DNA of 44,675 nucleotides. Source: Nemertoderma westbladi. Taxonomy: Eukaryota > Animalia > Xenacoelomorpha. The translations under genes and the position numbers were made by a program. This document shows positions 1 to 12,487 of this stretch, piece by piece. A model generated the notes under the pieces. The model had not been told where the DNA came from and ran no database searches. It saw only the letters and a program-made list of their open reading frames with translations. The stretch spans positions 1 to 44,675 of the forward strand of contig JAUCBJ010005227.1 of assembly GCA_032718475.1 (NCBI GenBank), given 5' to 3'. Positions within the stretch are counted from its first letter, which is position 1. The number at the start of each line of letters is the position of its first letter.

Positions 1-879
1 TGTCTGAGTGTTTTTTATTGTTTTTTTTATACAAAACATGATGTCCGTCAAAATGCCCACTTTTTATTACATTATTGTTCAGGAAGGTAAATAATTGTTT
101 ATCTTTCTTAAATAAAAACTAGATACCATAACGAAATATTTGGTAACTAACGTCTGTCAAAATGAAAAGCCGTTAAAATAATCGGCATTACTATGCCCTG
201 GGTAGGGTAACCGCTTTTTGACAAATTTTTTCATGTGAAAATGGATTTTATCATAACAAGACAAAAAAGGTAACTGACTGTTTCTTCCTGTGACTTCCTA
301 TTTCAGACATTTCCCCCCTAGCGCATTCACGCAAGCATAAAATAAACCCCGAAATAGCGAAGGATCACGTGCTTAGGGGTTAGGACAGTCTGCATCACGT
401 AGATGCTCATGATGATAGAGTCAAGATAAGAGCCAGCGTGTAGTTTAGTGTGACAGACTCGTATTTGTTGAGATACTTCCTCAGGCAGCACTTAAGCAGA
501 GATAACCAACACCCTCCTGCCTGAGGTCACCTCAAGAGATGATTGGTCTGCGAGTTGCAGCTGCCTTGCTAACATTTTACTCTAAGCTAGGAATATACGA
601 ATCACTTTGAGATTTTGACACACAACATGTTGTGGCGAACACAAAATACGCATTCACGTAAGCAAGCATAAGTGTAAAATAAGCCTCAAGATAGCGATAG
701 TTTACGTACTCGGGGCGAGAGCTTTCGATCAATGTATAATTTCACTCACCACAATTTCATTACCTATATAAACCAGTATGTGCTCATTATTAGCCAGTTG
801 GCAATTTATCTGATGGCAGTAGGTGAATGAATAGTTTCCACTGCCGTGCTAGCAAACTTATTACATTAGGCCTAATAAC

Positions 880-2790
880 TACTACTACTAGGATTGGCAT
901 GCTGCATTGCAGCTGCATTTTTAAGAATGCTGTGCCGGCTTGTCAACAAAATTGCACCGCCACAACTCCCTATCACCCATGACATTTGCTAGATCATCCG
1001 CATCTTTAAGGCCAGTGTCCTTTAAGATGCGTCTCAAGAAAGTCATGGGCTGTCCACCATGCTTATTCACTCCATGAGGCTGCCAAAGTACAAGATTATG
1101 CACTGGCTGGTCCTCACGGCGAAAGCAATGTCCTGCAAAGCGGAGGCGATTTTGTTCTAGTGTCAAGCTTGGGGGAACCAATGAGACACCGCCAATGTTA
1201 TATAGTGTCTGGTTGGAGATGTGTGCATTGTACTTGACACAATGAACCCGGCGTAGCATTCTTGTGAATGTGCCATCCAGAGATTGGGTGTCCTCAGCAG
1301 ATAGAGCCCAGCATGGACTCCCGTAGAGGAGTACTGGAACTACTGCTGCTCTAAATAATCGGACCTTAAGTTTCTGATTAATTCTCGGTGACTTCCAAAT
1401 CCTGGAAAGCCTATTCAAGGCTGCCCGCCCATGCCTTTCCCTTACGTATTCGAAGGTCCTCACCCGACTTCCGGATCCATGATCCCAGGTAACAGAAGTC
1501 GTCCACATGCTCTAACATACCATCCTTTGAGCTTATGCTCATCCGATCAGAGACTTGCTGAGGACTTTCAAAGTTAACTGTCAAAATTTTGGTCTTTCTG
1601 GAGTTAATAAAAAGACCAACACTAGAAGCATCATGTTCTAATGAGCTGAGGAGCCGTTGGGCTCCCTCTAATGATTCTGAGAGTACTCCTAAGTCATCAG
1701 CAAAGTCTAGATCAGTTAGGTACTTGGCAGGATTTCCTCGACTTCTGGAGCCAGTAGGTGGAGTTATCATCACCCCATCATCATTATGATGATCTAAGGA
1801 CATGCGTAGAACATAGTCAACCACAATAATGAACAAGAATGGTGCAAGTGTGTCTCCTTGGAGGACGCCCCATAACACTTCAAATGGTTCTGTGTCACCG
1901 TCAACAGTAGACACAAATGTTGTCGAACCATCGTATACTGATCTGATTGCTGCAATAATTTCATCAGGAATCCCATATAATGAAAGTATGCTGAACATAC
2001 GTGAGCGAGAGACTGAATCAAAGGCCTTGAAGAAGTCAACAAAGATAACAGCCACATGCCTGTCTTTCTTTTTTGATAACTCTTCAATTATCCTTCTAAG
2101 TGCCAAAATGGGCTCCATGGTCCCACGACCTTTACGGAACCCATTCTGATTTACACGGAGCAGTCTCTCAATGGGATCCCTGATGCGATTTAATAGAATC
2201 CTATTGTATAGCATTGCAGCAATCGAGATCAATGAGATTCCCCGAAAAGAACCATAGAGTGTTAGGTTGCCCTTCTTGGGAACTGGCACCAACTTATTTG
2301 TTTTCATTTCTTGTGGGACTCTTGTTGTTCGGTACATGTCTACTATGATGGGATAGATGAGCTTTAAACACCCAGGTATTTTAAAGACCTCAGGGGGAAC
2401 ACCATCAACTCCACTGGCATGATTAGTCTTAATGCTCTTTGCAGCAGCCTTCACTTGTGCAAAGGAGATATCGCCAATGGGAATATCTGGGAGTACAGAC
2501 TCAGACACTTTTACTTCTATAAAGTTATCAGGCAATACCCTGTCATTATTGAGGAGCTTTTCAAAGTGGGCTTTCCAACCATTGAGGCGATCGGCTGGTG
2601 ATTCAGCCTTAACCGTGGTGGTTGGTTGGCTTTGCCGCCCAGTAAGCAAATTGATCGATTTCCATGCCTGGGATGATTGCCTGCTGTCGTCAGCATCATT
2701 GATGGCATCAACCTGTTGGTTTATTAGCTCCTGTAGATTAACAGAGTACTGCCTGTTCAGGGACCTAGATGCAGCCTTAACTGCATTCTT
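880..2790 (-). mobile_element. 5'-truncated RTE-clade non-LTR retrotransposon with 11-bp TSD (GGCCTAATAAC at 869-879 and 2791-2801) and (TAG)n 3' tail
   Basis: The identical 11-mer flanks both ends, and 880-890 reads as TAG repeats on the minus strand. RT motifs PKKGNL, QNGFRKGR, FVDFFKAFDSV, GVLQGD, FADD; RTE-type C-terminus LLYGSPCW...RLRFAGH. Confidence 0.9.
921..2790 (-). pseudogene. RTE reverse transcriptase, endonuclease lost, frameshift near 1411-1430
   Basis: ORFs 1411..2649 and 921..1508 join at KGKAWAG/AALNRLSRIWKS to give a continuous RT plus C-terminal domain. Confidence 0.85.
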
Positions 2791-4065
2791 GGCCTAATAA
2801 CAGTTACCGGTGAACCGTGCAATCAACATTAGGACATTAATATTAGCACCAAGAACGGACTCTCGGCCACTCAGTCCATTACGAGGTACAAGCCATGGCA
2901 GAGCTTAGGTAACACATTCACAAAGTCGAACAGTCGGGATCCCGAGACCAACACATGATCCCGCACAGTGGAAACTACAGCTAAAGCGACAATGATGATG
3001 AGTGGACCTGAACTCGCTGATACACCTCAGGGTTCCAAGAGGAGGAGCACTCCACCTTGAACCCCCAGCGAGAAGGATGCAACCATATGTGAGGTGGTGA
3101 TACAGTGGTACCATACCAGCCTGCTACACTGTATCAATCGGAGGAGGGATGTGGATCAGTCGGGGTGAGGAGTGTGGATCAGTATGGGATGAGGAACGCA
3201 GCTTGACACGCGAAGATGAGGTGGTGAGTACTGGGACCACTGGTCAACAGGGGGATATATGTGGCGTGCGGCCCGACGGAATGGCAGCGGGCAGGCCCAC
3301 AGTACCGCCGCTGGATGAGGAGAAACCAAGGAAGTCTACCAGTGGAGGATGAGGACGTAGATGAAAGCCAGAGATAAACACGAGGCCACAATACTACGAG
3401 GAGCCTCCTCAACAACACAAAGAAGTCGGGTAAAGTAGATTGGACTAAACTCCAGCAACAGGTTGGTTCATGTAATAAACATTTCGAGTGCTTTGTAAGG
3501 GAACTCCTCTTGTAAAGGTCACTAGAGGGATATCTTTCATCGGGTGTGTGAGATACTCGATAAAGTTATTTTATAGTTCTGTAAAGTAATAATATACTTA
3601 GAGTCATATAAATGTCCAATATATTATGTAATTAATGCTTCATTATTTATTTATACAGCTTATCATTATATATAGGATTTCTTCTACATAGGTATCATTT
3701 ACTATATAGGAACGTTGTAAGTAAGTATAAAAATTATTAATATCCTCGTTCACTCAAATAGGAATGCTTAACATTGTAATATGGAGTTTCAATAACGTTT
3801 CGTTTCTTCAATGGTATTTCTTCCAAGTCTTTCTCGATTATCTGCTGCTGTCCTATGTTAGCACTTAATACATTATGCAATAACCATCAACCGAGGTCAT
3901 CCAATCCTGTAGATCCCAACGATGTTATCTTCTGTTGAATTATTTCCAGACTCGTCTTTGATGAGGCAGCCATTAGATCATGACTTGTGACGTTAGTTCC
4001 GTTTTTCCATATAATAACGCTCCTGTTCCTTCGAGAAGAAATAGAATCTGAGGTGTATACCATGT

Positions 4066-5417
4066 CTATTGTTTTGTCTGTATGTTTTCCTCCTGTCGTG
4101 TAAGATTCGAATCATAGTAACCACTCGTCCGGGTTTCTTTCATGGCTTTCAGAGCGTCTATGCCCCCTGAATATCTGAATTCCTGACGAGCAGCATGCAT
4201 GGCATTAATATTGTCTGCAACTACAGTGCTTGTGATGTTTCCTTCTAAGGGTAGTAGTTTATTATACTCTACTGTAGGACGCATTGGATTTTTCCCATTT
4301 GAAATCTAATTGAATGGGTGAAAACCCATGAATATTAGTTAATGCATTGTGAGCAGCAACTGCCCATGCCACTGCCAATCAATTTCACATTTTTCTTGAG
4401 CCATTATCTTTTGAACATCTAAGCCAAGAACTGCATTCTGTCATTCACACAGACCATTAGACCATGGTGATTCAGCAGCAGTAGGCAGATTGTATGAGGA
4501 GTAGGTGATCATCACAGAAGTGGGAGGTTTCATTGTCAACTCCAGTCCTCCTCTGAACGCAACTACCTGCATAGTTGTAAATACTCCCACACATTAAACA
4601 TTTACTTATATTACCATATCGATCCAGGGGATTTCTTACTGGACCAGAACCCCAACTTTGTCCTTGGCCAAACTGATATGAAGAACTCTACCTCTGCCAA
4701 ACTGATCTGAAAACTGACCTCAACCAAACTGATCACTATGTCCAGTCCACTATACTGTCCACTTGAATACTGATTCTGCCTTCGATAATTAAATCTACCA
4801 ACTTCTCCCCCACGCTGCACTGGTAACCTTTAAATCTTCTATCAAAAGTAAAAGGTCTTCAGCTATTTCATCTGAACACACTTTTTCCTTTTGCTTTATA
4901 TCCAACTCACCTAATTCTGATGAAACATCATTTCTTTTCCATGAAATTTTATTTAAGGTGTCTTGCATACCTTTGACACTTAAAACAGAGACAGAGACAG
5001 ACCTTGCAAGTTGTTCTTCTGTGCATGACAGTCCAGTTCTCGTTAAAAGTCTGAATACAATCACCCCATCAGGCAGCTCCATACCATGTTTCCTTAACTT
5101 TGAATATAAATTATCAAATTCCACCAGATATTCCTCCATGGTTATCCCAACTGGGCGTATATATTTCTCAAAATTCTCATAAGAACAAAATATCAACAGC
5201 TCCTTGTCCATTAAACATAAATCGTCAGCTTAGTTATTACTTTCTCCAGTCCGTCTTCACCGCTTAATTCAGCAATTGGTATATCTACATGCCATATTTC
5301 TATTTCCTTTTTCCAGTCGCCATAGGAAAGATCTGCACGCACTTTGGGGGGTATTTTATAACTTGCCACACATGCCGATTCCGCCATTTTATTAAGGAAA
5401 ACCATGCTCTGCTACCA
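4066..5417 (-). mobile_element. Degraded, internally deleted Ty1/copia LTR retrotransposon, GalEa-like (gag and integrase fragments)
   Basis: Gag N-terminus YKIPPK...SYGDWKKEIEIW and MEEYLVEFDNLY...MELPDGV; degenerate knuckle CLMCGSIYNYAGSC (~4565-4600); integrase TAAESPWSNGLCE* (~4440-4485) and LEGNITSTVVADNINAMHAARQEF. Boundaries are approximate. Confidence 0.7.
5400..5417 (-). promoter_or_regulatory. Primer-binding site for initiator tRNA-Met (TGGTAGCAGAGCATGGTT)
   Basis: TGGTAGCAGAG is complementary to the 3' end of animal tRNA-iMet. It follows a ...TTTCA LTR-like end and directly precedes the copia gag. Confidence 0.8.
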
Positions 5418-7516
5418 TGAAATATTGACTATAAAGATAGTATCACTCCTGACTGTCCTACATATATTTTAGATATTATTTCAGATAACACAATTACACC
5501 CTGACACCAGTAGGCATGAGACACCGGTTACTCCTATACCAGTAGACTTTACTGCAGTAAGGTCTGGTACAGATAACCCTATTTCTACAATAAGCTCCCA
5601 TAACTCTTATATTAGGTCCAAGGGTGATCCTAACATCCACATCCCGGGTATCCTGTCTTCTTCGGTTTTGTAATCTGTATATATGTCAGTACCTCGTATC
5701 GGGTGTCCTGGGCTACTGTTAGAGCCTCTTCAACTGTTGCTTGTTTATTACGTCTAGCTCCCTCAACTTCTGTGTTTCTTTATCTTTATAGTAAATCCAT
5801 TACCATCTGTTCTAGCACACCACATTTCTCCTTATAATATGTCTTCCCTTGTCTTCTATGTAATCCCTCGGTCCGGGTTTGTTCCAATATAGATTGGAAT
5901 TATCTGATGATGTTCCCACATCATTTAATACTTGTTGTACCGCAATACCTTTTCCAAGGTATCTCGTCCCATCATCAAATATCCTACCACAATATATATC
6001 CCGTTGGCTTGATTATTCGTCGTTGCTCTATCACTTGACTCGCTCCCCGCCACATCCGTACCGATCGCATTCGTGTTTGCCTAACCGGTGGACTAGGTGA
6101 TCTACTCCATAATAATATAGTCTTCTCATCCGAGTCAAGACTCCTACCCATGCGACTCTTTACTGCTGCTTTGTAGTCCCAATACTCATCTTTCTTGGGT
6201 ACTATATTTTCGTCGTCATCCCTTTGGATCCTTTGTCCTTGTTTGTCCTTGTTACGTGTCTTTCTATTTCCATTATCCTCATCCGCATGGGCTTAAATCT
6301 GGTGGCCATCCAATGCCTGTATTCTCTATCAGTCCTGGTATCTGTTGCTTGTTGTGTCTATGTTGCCATTGTTTAGATAAGATCAGAAGTACTCACTCAT
6401 AGTACTGGTTCATCGTCGTCACCGTTCACTATCTGGAAATCGCTAAGCTGCATATCGCGTTGCAAGCTAGATATCCCTATACTACTACTAAATTTACTCA
6501 GACAGATCGCCATCCTGTCCATCGGATACTTTAGTTCCTTGTTATCAAATACATTGAAATGTAAATCATCAGTATTGTAAGCGATAACGTTTCCACTTCC
6601 TATTCCTCATAATGGTTTGGTTGCCACTATTAGTGCCTTCCTCATCGTCATTACCATTCTTCCAGTCTTTTGAAACTTCATCGGTTCTTCACCTTATGAT
6701 GTATGCCATAAGCAGACACAAGAAAGAATTCAGCATCGTTTTTACTTGTATTATATATTCCTGTGTTTTGTTTACCCATTAGGTTCTTTGGCGTTTCTCC
6801 TTGGATTTGATGTAGGTGCATCCTCGCTTCCACTACATTATTTATTATCAGCCTCCCATACATAGTTGTCAACATTTCTTTATGTGCTAACCAGAATTTC
6901 TTCTATAACGCTGCCTTTCCATCATGTCTCACTATCGTCACAGTCTTGATAGACTCATCATTGGACTTTATGCCACTCTATAGGGCGTCCCTCTTTATCA
7001 ATGAGTTCATTTATTACTATTACCTTTCTCTATTGTATCTATAATGCTATGTTTCAATATCTTTAATTAAATTAATTTAAACTTATCCTAGTGCCTAAAT
7101 AATTTAGTAGAATCATTAACAACCCACTATCCTAATCCTAATTTAATTTAGAGTTAGTTGATTTATTCATTTGTTTCTCTTGTGGCTGTAAATACCCATA
7201 ATTGTACGTCACTCAAACAAATAAAAACGCAATAATTTTTATTGTCCGTTTAAATCACTCATGATGACCTTTTTTTGACAGTATATGTCCTCCAGAAATT
7301 TACCGTTACGTTTCGTGCTACCGGTTTCTCTACTGCTGTTCTCTCAGGCTATCAGTACCGGTATTAGTAAATAGAGCACTATTTTGCAGTATTGCATGTA
7401 CAGATGTAGGTATAAAGCAGGTATTTTAGTACCGGTACCGGCACCGGTACTGCTGTAGGCCTACTGTGTAGCCTACCATTTAAATACGGTACTGGTAGGC
7501 CTACCGGCTGACCGGT

Positions 7517-7720
7517 TGTTTTGGTTAGAAAATCCCGCCTCTGTAACCTGCTCCTTTCCCTGATTTGGTAAAGTGACTGTTTATTGTTTTGGTTAGAAAG
7601 GCCCGCCTCTGTAACCTGCTCCTTTCCTTCATTTTGTAAAGTGACTGTTTATTGTTTTGGTTAGAAAATCCCGCCTCTGTAACCTGCCCCTTTCCCTCAA
7701 TTAGTTGAATGATCGTTTAT
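7517..7720. repeat. 68-bp tandem repeat, about 3 copies
   Basis: GGTTAGAAA.(T/G)CCCGCCTCTGTAACCTGC recurs at 7523, 7591 and 7659. Confidence 0.9.
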
Positions 7721-8289
7721 ATGTCTATATATGTCTGAATATGTCTAATTTATCGTATGTCTTCATATAATATACATAATATGTCATCATTCTTTCATCA
7801 GCACACTTTAATTTAATTTAGCTGGATTCTTCGTAATATAAATGTAAATTCCTAAATAATTCCTATAAATATAATTCTATCCTAGGGCCTAATATAAATA
7901 TCCTACTTTATTATATTACTTTATGACTTTATTTTACTGCTAATGGGTATACGCCAGGGTTTTATTTTCCCCGCACTTTTATTGAGCCTGTTCATATAAA
8001 CATCATTTGTTTATTGGTCTTAGAATGGCTTTCTTATCACTCTTCACTGTCCTTAGTTCGACTGTCCTGACATGCCTATCTCTCCCGGTTTTTGTACCGA
8101 CTACTCTGGCTAATATCTAGTCGAAGTAAGTCCTATTCTATTATACTATTATAAGGACTATACTAGTCCTTATACTATTATCTTAATAATTTGTTTAATA
8201 GAAGCAACTAGCACTATTCGTTCTGTGAGTTGAATATACATAACTGCACAGTGCACCTGATACATGGAGGATACATGGAACACCAAATT

Positions 8290-11200
8290 TATTAAACACA
8301 TTTACAGTTTGTAACTCCAGCACCGAATAAAAGTAATGATTGTCTAAAAGGTTGTAAAGTAAGGATAACAGTACATAATTTGAAAAGATCTACGCCAATA
8401 AGTTATTACGATGTTTAAATGCCTTACATGTGAAAATAGATAGATTTTTTATTTCAAGTCTGGACTGAGATAAAACTAGTTTCCGAAATTTGTATACGGT
8501 TGGGATTATGTGGAAATACCGTTTTATGTATTCTGATCTGAGTTCTCTGTAAGCCGGACATATCAATAAAAAATGTAGTTCATCTTCGATTGCCCCTGAA
8601 TTACAAATCCGACACAGTCTCTCCGAAGTCGCTTGTCGTTCCCACCATCCAACCTCAATCTGCAAGCGGTGACTAGTACACCTTGCGAACAAGGGCCAAC
8701 TTTAAGGCGGGGGAATCTTTCAGCAGATTGAGGTATTGTTCAGTCGCAAATCTGTCCTTTATGTATAGTCTTCCCTTGGGAGAAAGGTCAATGCTAATCC
8801 ACCAAGATTGTATGAAGTGGTCACCCAAAACCTGTCTAACGGTTCTCAAAAACCCATTACGATCTTCAACCTCTTGGTTGTTCCACGCCCAGCTTAACCC
8901 TATACTATCTAAGCAGTCTCTAACTCTAGAAGCCCAGTTGACCACAGATCCATTGGTAACTGAGTCCTGATACAGTTCAAGGTAAGTCTTCGTACTTAGC
9001 CTATGGTTGGGTAGATAAAGCAGGCGTAACCAGAACTTTAATGTCATGAACTTCCTGTGAGTAATAAGGGGCATCACGCCTGACTCGCCATACACCATGA
9101 AGTTTGGCGTACTGGACTTTAGACCAATAATATACTTGAGAAAGGACAGCTGTACTTTTTCGATATCATTGCCCGCATGGAAACCCCAAACTTCGGCACC
9201 ATAATTCAATATTGGTATAATAAGAGTTGAAAATAGTGGAGATCAAATGATATATTCGAGAATTCGCTTAGATATCTGAATAGAGAAAAGAGTGCCTTCT
9301 TTGCTTTCATTGCCAGCACCTTCTGCGCTACAACAAAACTTCCAGAGGAAGAAAACTCGATCCCTAGATATGTGTATGAAGTTACAACTTTTACAGTTTG
9401 GCTCTTGTAAGTCCATTTATCAGCTACTGAGGTGGAACCACCCTGTCGGAAAACTACGATATTAGTTTTATCTAAATTGACTGTCAGGGCCCAGTAGTCA
9501 GCATAGTGTCTGAGCTTATCAAGAGCATGTTGTAGACTTTCTCTGGAATTTGCAACCAAGACAACGTCGTCAGCGTATAAAAGAAGATACAGACCGAAGT
9601 ATTCAAAATCTAAACCTGTGAGACCACTTCTTGCCAGTTCATACTCTAGGTCGTTTAGAAATAAAGAAAACAAAATAGGGGACAATCATTCTCCCTGCAT
9701 TACACCTAATAGACAGTCGAAACTAGGAGATACTTCACTGTTCCAACGTACCTTTACCGTTACTGAACTGTACATTGCTTTGATTATATCAAATATTTTA
9801 CCCTTAAATCCGACTGCGTCAAGTTTAAGCCATAATGCGTTTCGATCAATGCAATCAAACGCTTTCTTGTAGTCTACAAATGCAGTGTACAGTTTCAGAT
9901 GACCATGTTTTCCAGAAGTGAAAAAATCTACAAAACCGTGAAGAACAAAGATGTGGACCAGGGCGGAATCCTGCTTGCGCCTCTGTGATTATACCAAGGC
10001 CCTCCGACCACCATAATAATCGACTATTCAATATTGTTGTGAACAGTTTACCTAGCGCACTGAGTAGAGCAATACCACAGTAGTTATTTGTGTCTAGACT
10101 ATTACCTTTCTATTTTATATATGGGGGTAACCAGTGCTGTTGGCCAGGCATGAGGGAAATGTCCGAAATACAGTACAGCATTAAACAAAATTAGGATTGT
10201 TGGCAGGAGAGCTTCCTTAGTGTCAATGAAGAACTCATTTAGGAGAAGATATACGCCTGGGGACTTGCCACGCCTCAGTCTGTTAACTGCACAAACAAGC
10301 TCCTCCATGGAAATTGGTTGCGAAGCTTCACCCTCTAAAACGGACCTGCTAAACTGAACATCAATTTCTTGTTCCAGCCATATACCAATGTCCTGAAAAC
10401 TGGAGGAGGTGTCGATCAAGCTACGGAAGTGGACCTCAAAGTCTTTAAGGGTTGGATGATTTCTAGTGGCAGAAGAGTCAGAGTCTCCAGTGGCCTTGGT
10501 CAGCATTTTACAGAATTTTTTAGATTCAGAGCATCTAATTTTTTCTAGTTTGTCAGAATGTTCTAACCGGAATTGCACTCTAGATTGTCGTAGAGTTCTA
10601 CTGTAAGCCCCCACTACGGGATTTCGATAAACAATTGAAAGTTTCAGGCGTTCTACTCATTCGCCATTGGTTGAGCGCTCTGCAAAAATCATGTTGTTGG
10701 TTAAGGCACTCATCTGTATACCATGGGGCACTAACATTAGTTGAAAGGTGGTTTGTATTTGTGACATTAGCTTTAAAATACTTAGATGCCGATTCAGTGA
10801 TGCAGTTTGACAGTTTTTCGGTAGCCTCATCTGTTAGTTTGGTAGAGTAAATGCCACTAATTAAAGAATCCTGTAAATCCTCTAGTTGCGACTGTACTGT
10901 GGGTGACTGGAGATCATTTATGAATGCAGGTTTGAGGGTCTCTTTCCAGAACAAATCACATAGTCTATTGTAGACCAACGGATCCCGCTTGTTCCTCCCG
11001 AATTGAAAGTAAATTTTCCTAATGGAGAGTCAGATCCAGTCTACCATTCAGTATACGCATTCCAGCTGATATACATTTTACGCCCAAAATCGTTTACTAT
11101 ACTATCCTGGTTTACTCTATTCCTTTGTATTCCTGACCAATCAAGTTCACCGTCATCAGGTGGTAATAGGCTGTCTAGTGGGTCTGCTGTAATAGCATCT

Positions 11201-12286
11201 CCTATCATATAATCAGGTTCAGTCCCAGTCCTACCATTAAAGTCTCCTGCTACAATGACGTCACTACCCAAACTGTAACGGGCTATTGTCTCCTGTAGTT
11301 TGTCGTATATCATTCCTGGGTCTCCTACACCTGCATGGGACCTGGAAGGTGGGATATAAACAGCAAGAAGACTTAGGTTGCGGTCAAGGTGTAATTTTTT
11401 GAGTCTAGTTTTAAACCTATAATGTATTTGGGGTCCAAGGATTTGAGCTGTATAATTGCACCGACATGGTCATTTTTTGCAAAATTGTTACCCCGCCATC
11501 AAAACGTTTAGCTCTGGGATGCTTAGTAGATATAGTTACAGAAAAAGCTTTATAACCAGCCAGATATATTCTTTCTCTGTTACAGGACACATCCAGGTCT
11601 CAGTGCAGATAAAAAAATCATATCTATTAATCATAGCACAAAAATTTGAGTCATCTAACTTTGAACCACAAACACTCTACATTCTACATTCAATAAGCCA
11701 ATCGAAAATCCAGTCTGATAGTTTGATATACGTTGCCCAACAACATGAGATAAATTTTCCGCTATACATTCCGTGTATTATTGCCAAGACACAGTCTTAG
11801 TCTGAGCAAGGGTATCAATGCGATTCCGAGGCGTACAGTGACGTCACGACCAATCACAGATCATTTTCAAATTTTGAATAATTTTTAAACTGAAAACACC
11901 AATATCTTCCACCTCGCTGTTGCTGCACATTTCCTTTAAGTTTCAGATCTCTCATTCTCCTGGGTTCTCAGTTTGGCCATTGCAATTGGTGCATTTGTTT
12001 TTCTGACATCCTAATAGTGCCTGCAAATTCCATTACCCAGTCAGCATGTTGGCTCTGAAATGGTGTCTTCATTCATTCTCTGCCATCCCGCCCTCACACC
12101 TTATTGGTGGTGCCTTACCAAGGCCCCTATCAGATGAGGTACTAGTAATATCTGGTGTTAATTACTAGCAGGATAGCCTACTCCATTCCTGTCCAATTCC
12201 ATCTACCTCTGTTATTCCTTTGCCCCATTAAATGTCTGTGTGATTCACCGTATTTACCATCTGGGTAGTACTTACTTTCTGGTAGT
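8290..12286 (-). mobile_element. Degraded APE-RT non-LTR retrotransposon, RTEX-like (ORF2 and upstream region)
   Basis: APE motifs (ICTETW ~11595, VIVAGDFNGRTG), RT (LSPILFSLFLND, LLYADD), YGAEVWG, and a C-terminal SHRLQIEVG...CRIC...EDELHFLLIC cysteine domain. Many stops and frameshifts; AATAAA on minus near 8290. Clade call is from memory of motifs. Confidence 0.8.
8390..11720 (-). pseudogene. LINE ORF2 (endonuclease-reverse transcriptase) pseudogene in at least 6 fragments
   Basis: Collinear ORFs 11041..11313, 10598..10978, 10102..10614, 9206..9685, 8673..9209 and 8390..8692. Confidence 0.85.
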
Positions 12287-12487
12287 TTTCTTTTTACAAT
12301 GGAGATGGTGTATATTATATAGTATATACTTCAAATTGCACTATTACACCCTATCACCAAATCTGATTTATACAGTGAGGTACAGTGATACGGATGTAAG
12401 GGGGAAATTCAAAACAGTTGGTTGTTTATGTTGTACTGGTCAGCTATTGTAGGCCTGTACGACTGCGCTGTCCTACCAGACCACAGA

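Noticed and set aside
318-716. Two diverged ~60-bp similar segments (CGCATTCACG.AAGCA...ATAGCGA)
   Set aside because: Too short and degenerate to assign; probably repeat fragments.
2802-3480. GC-richer tract with short ORFs on both strands
   Set aside because: No recognisable domain, termini or TSD.
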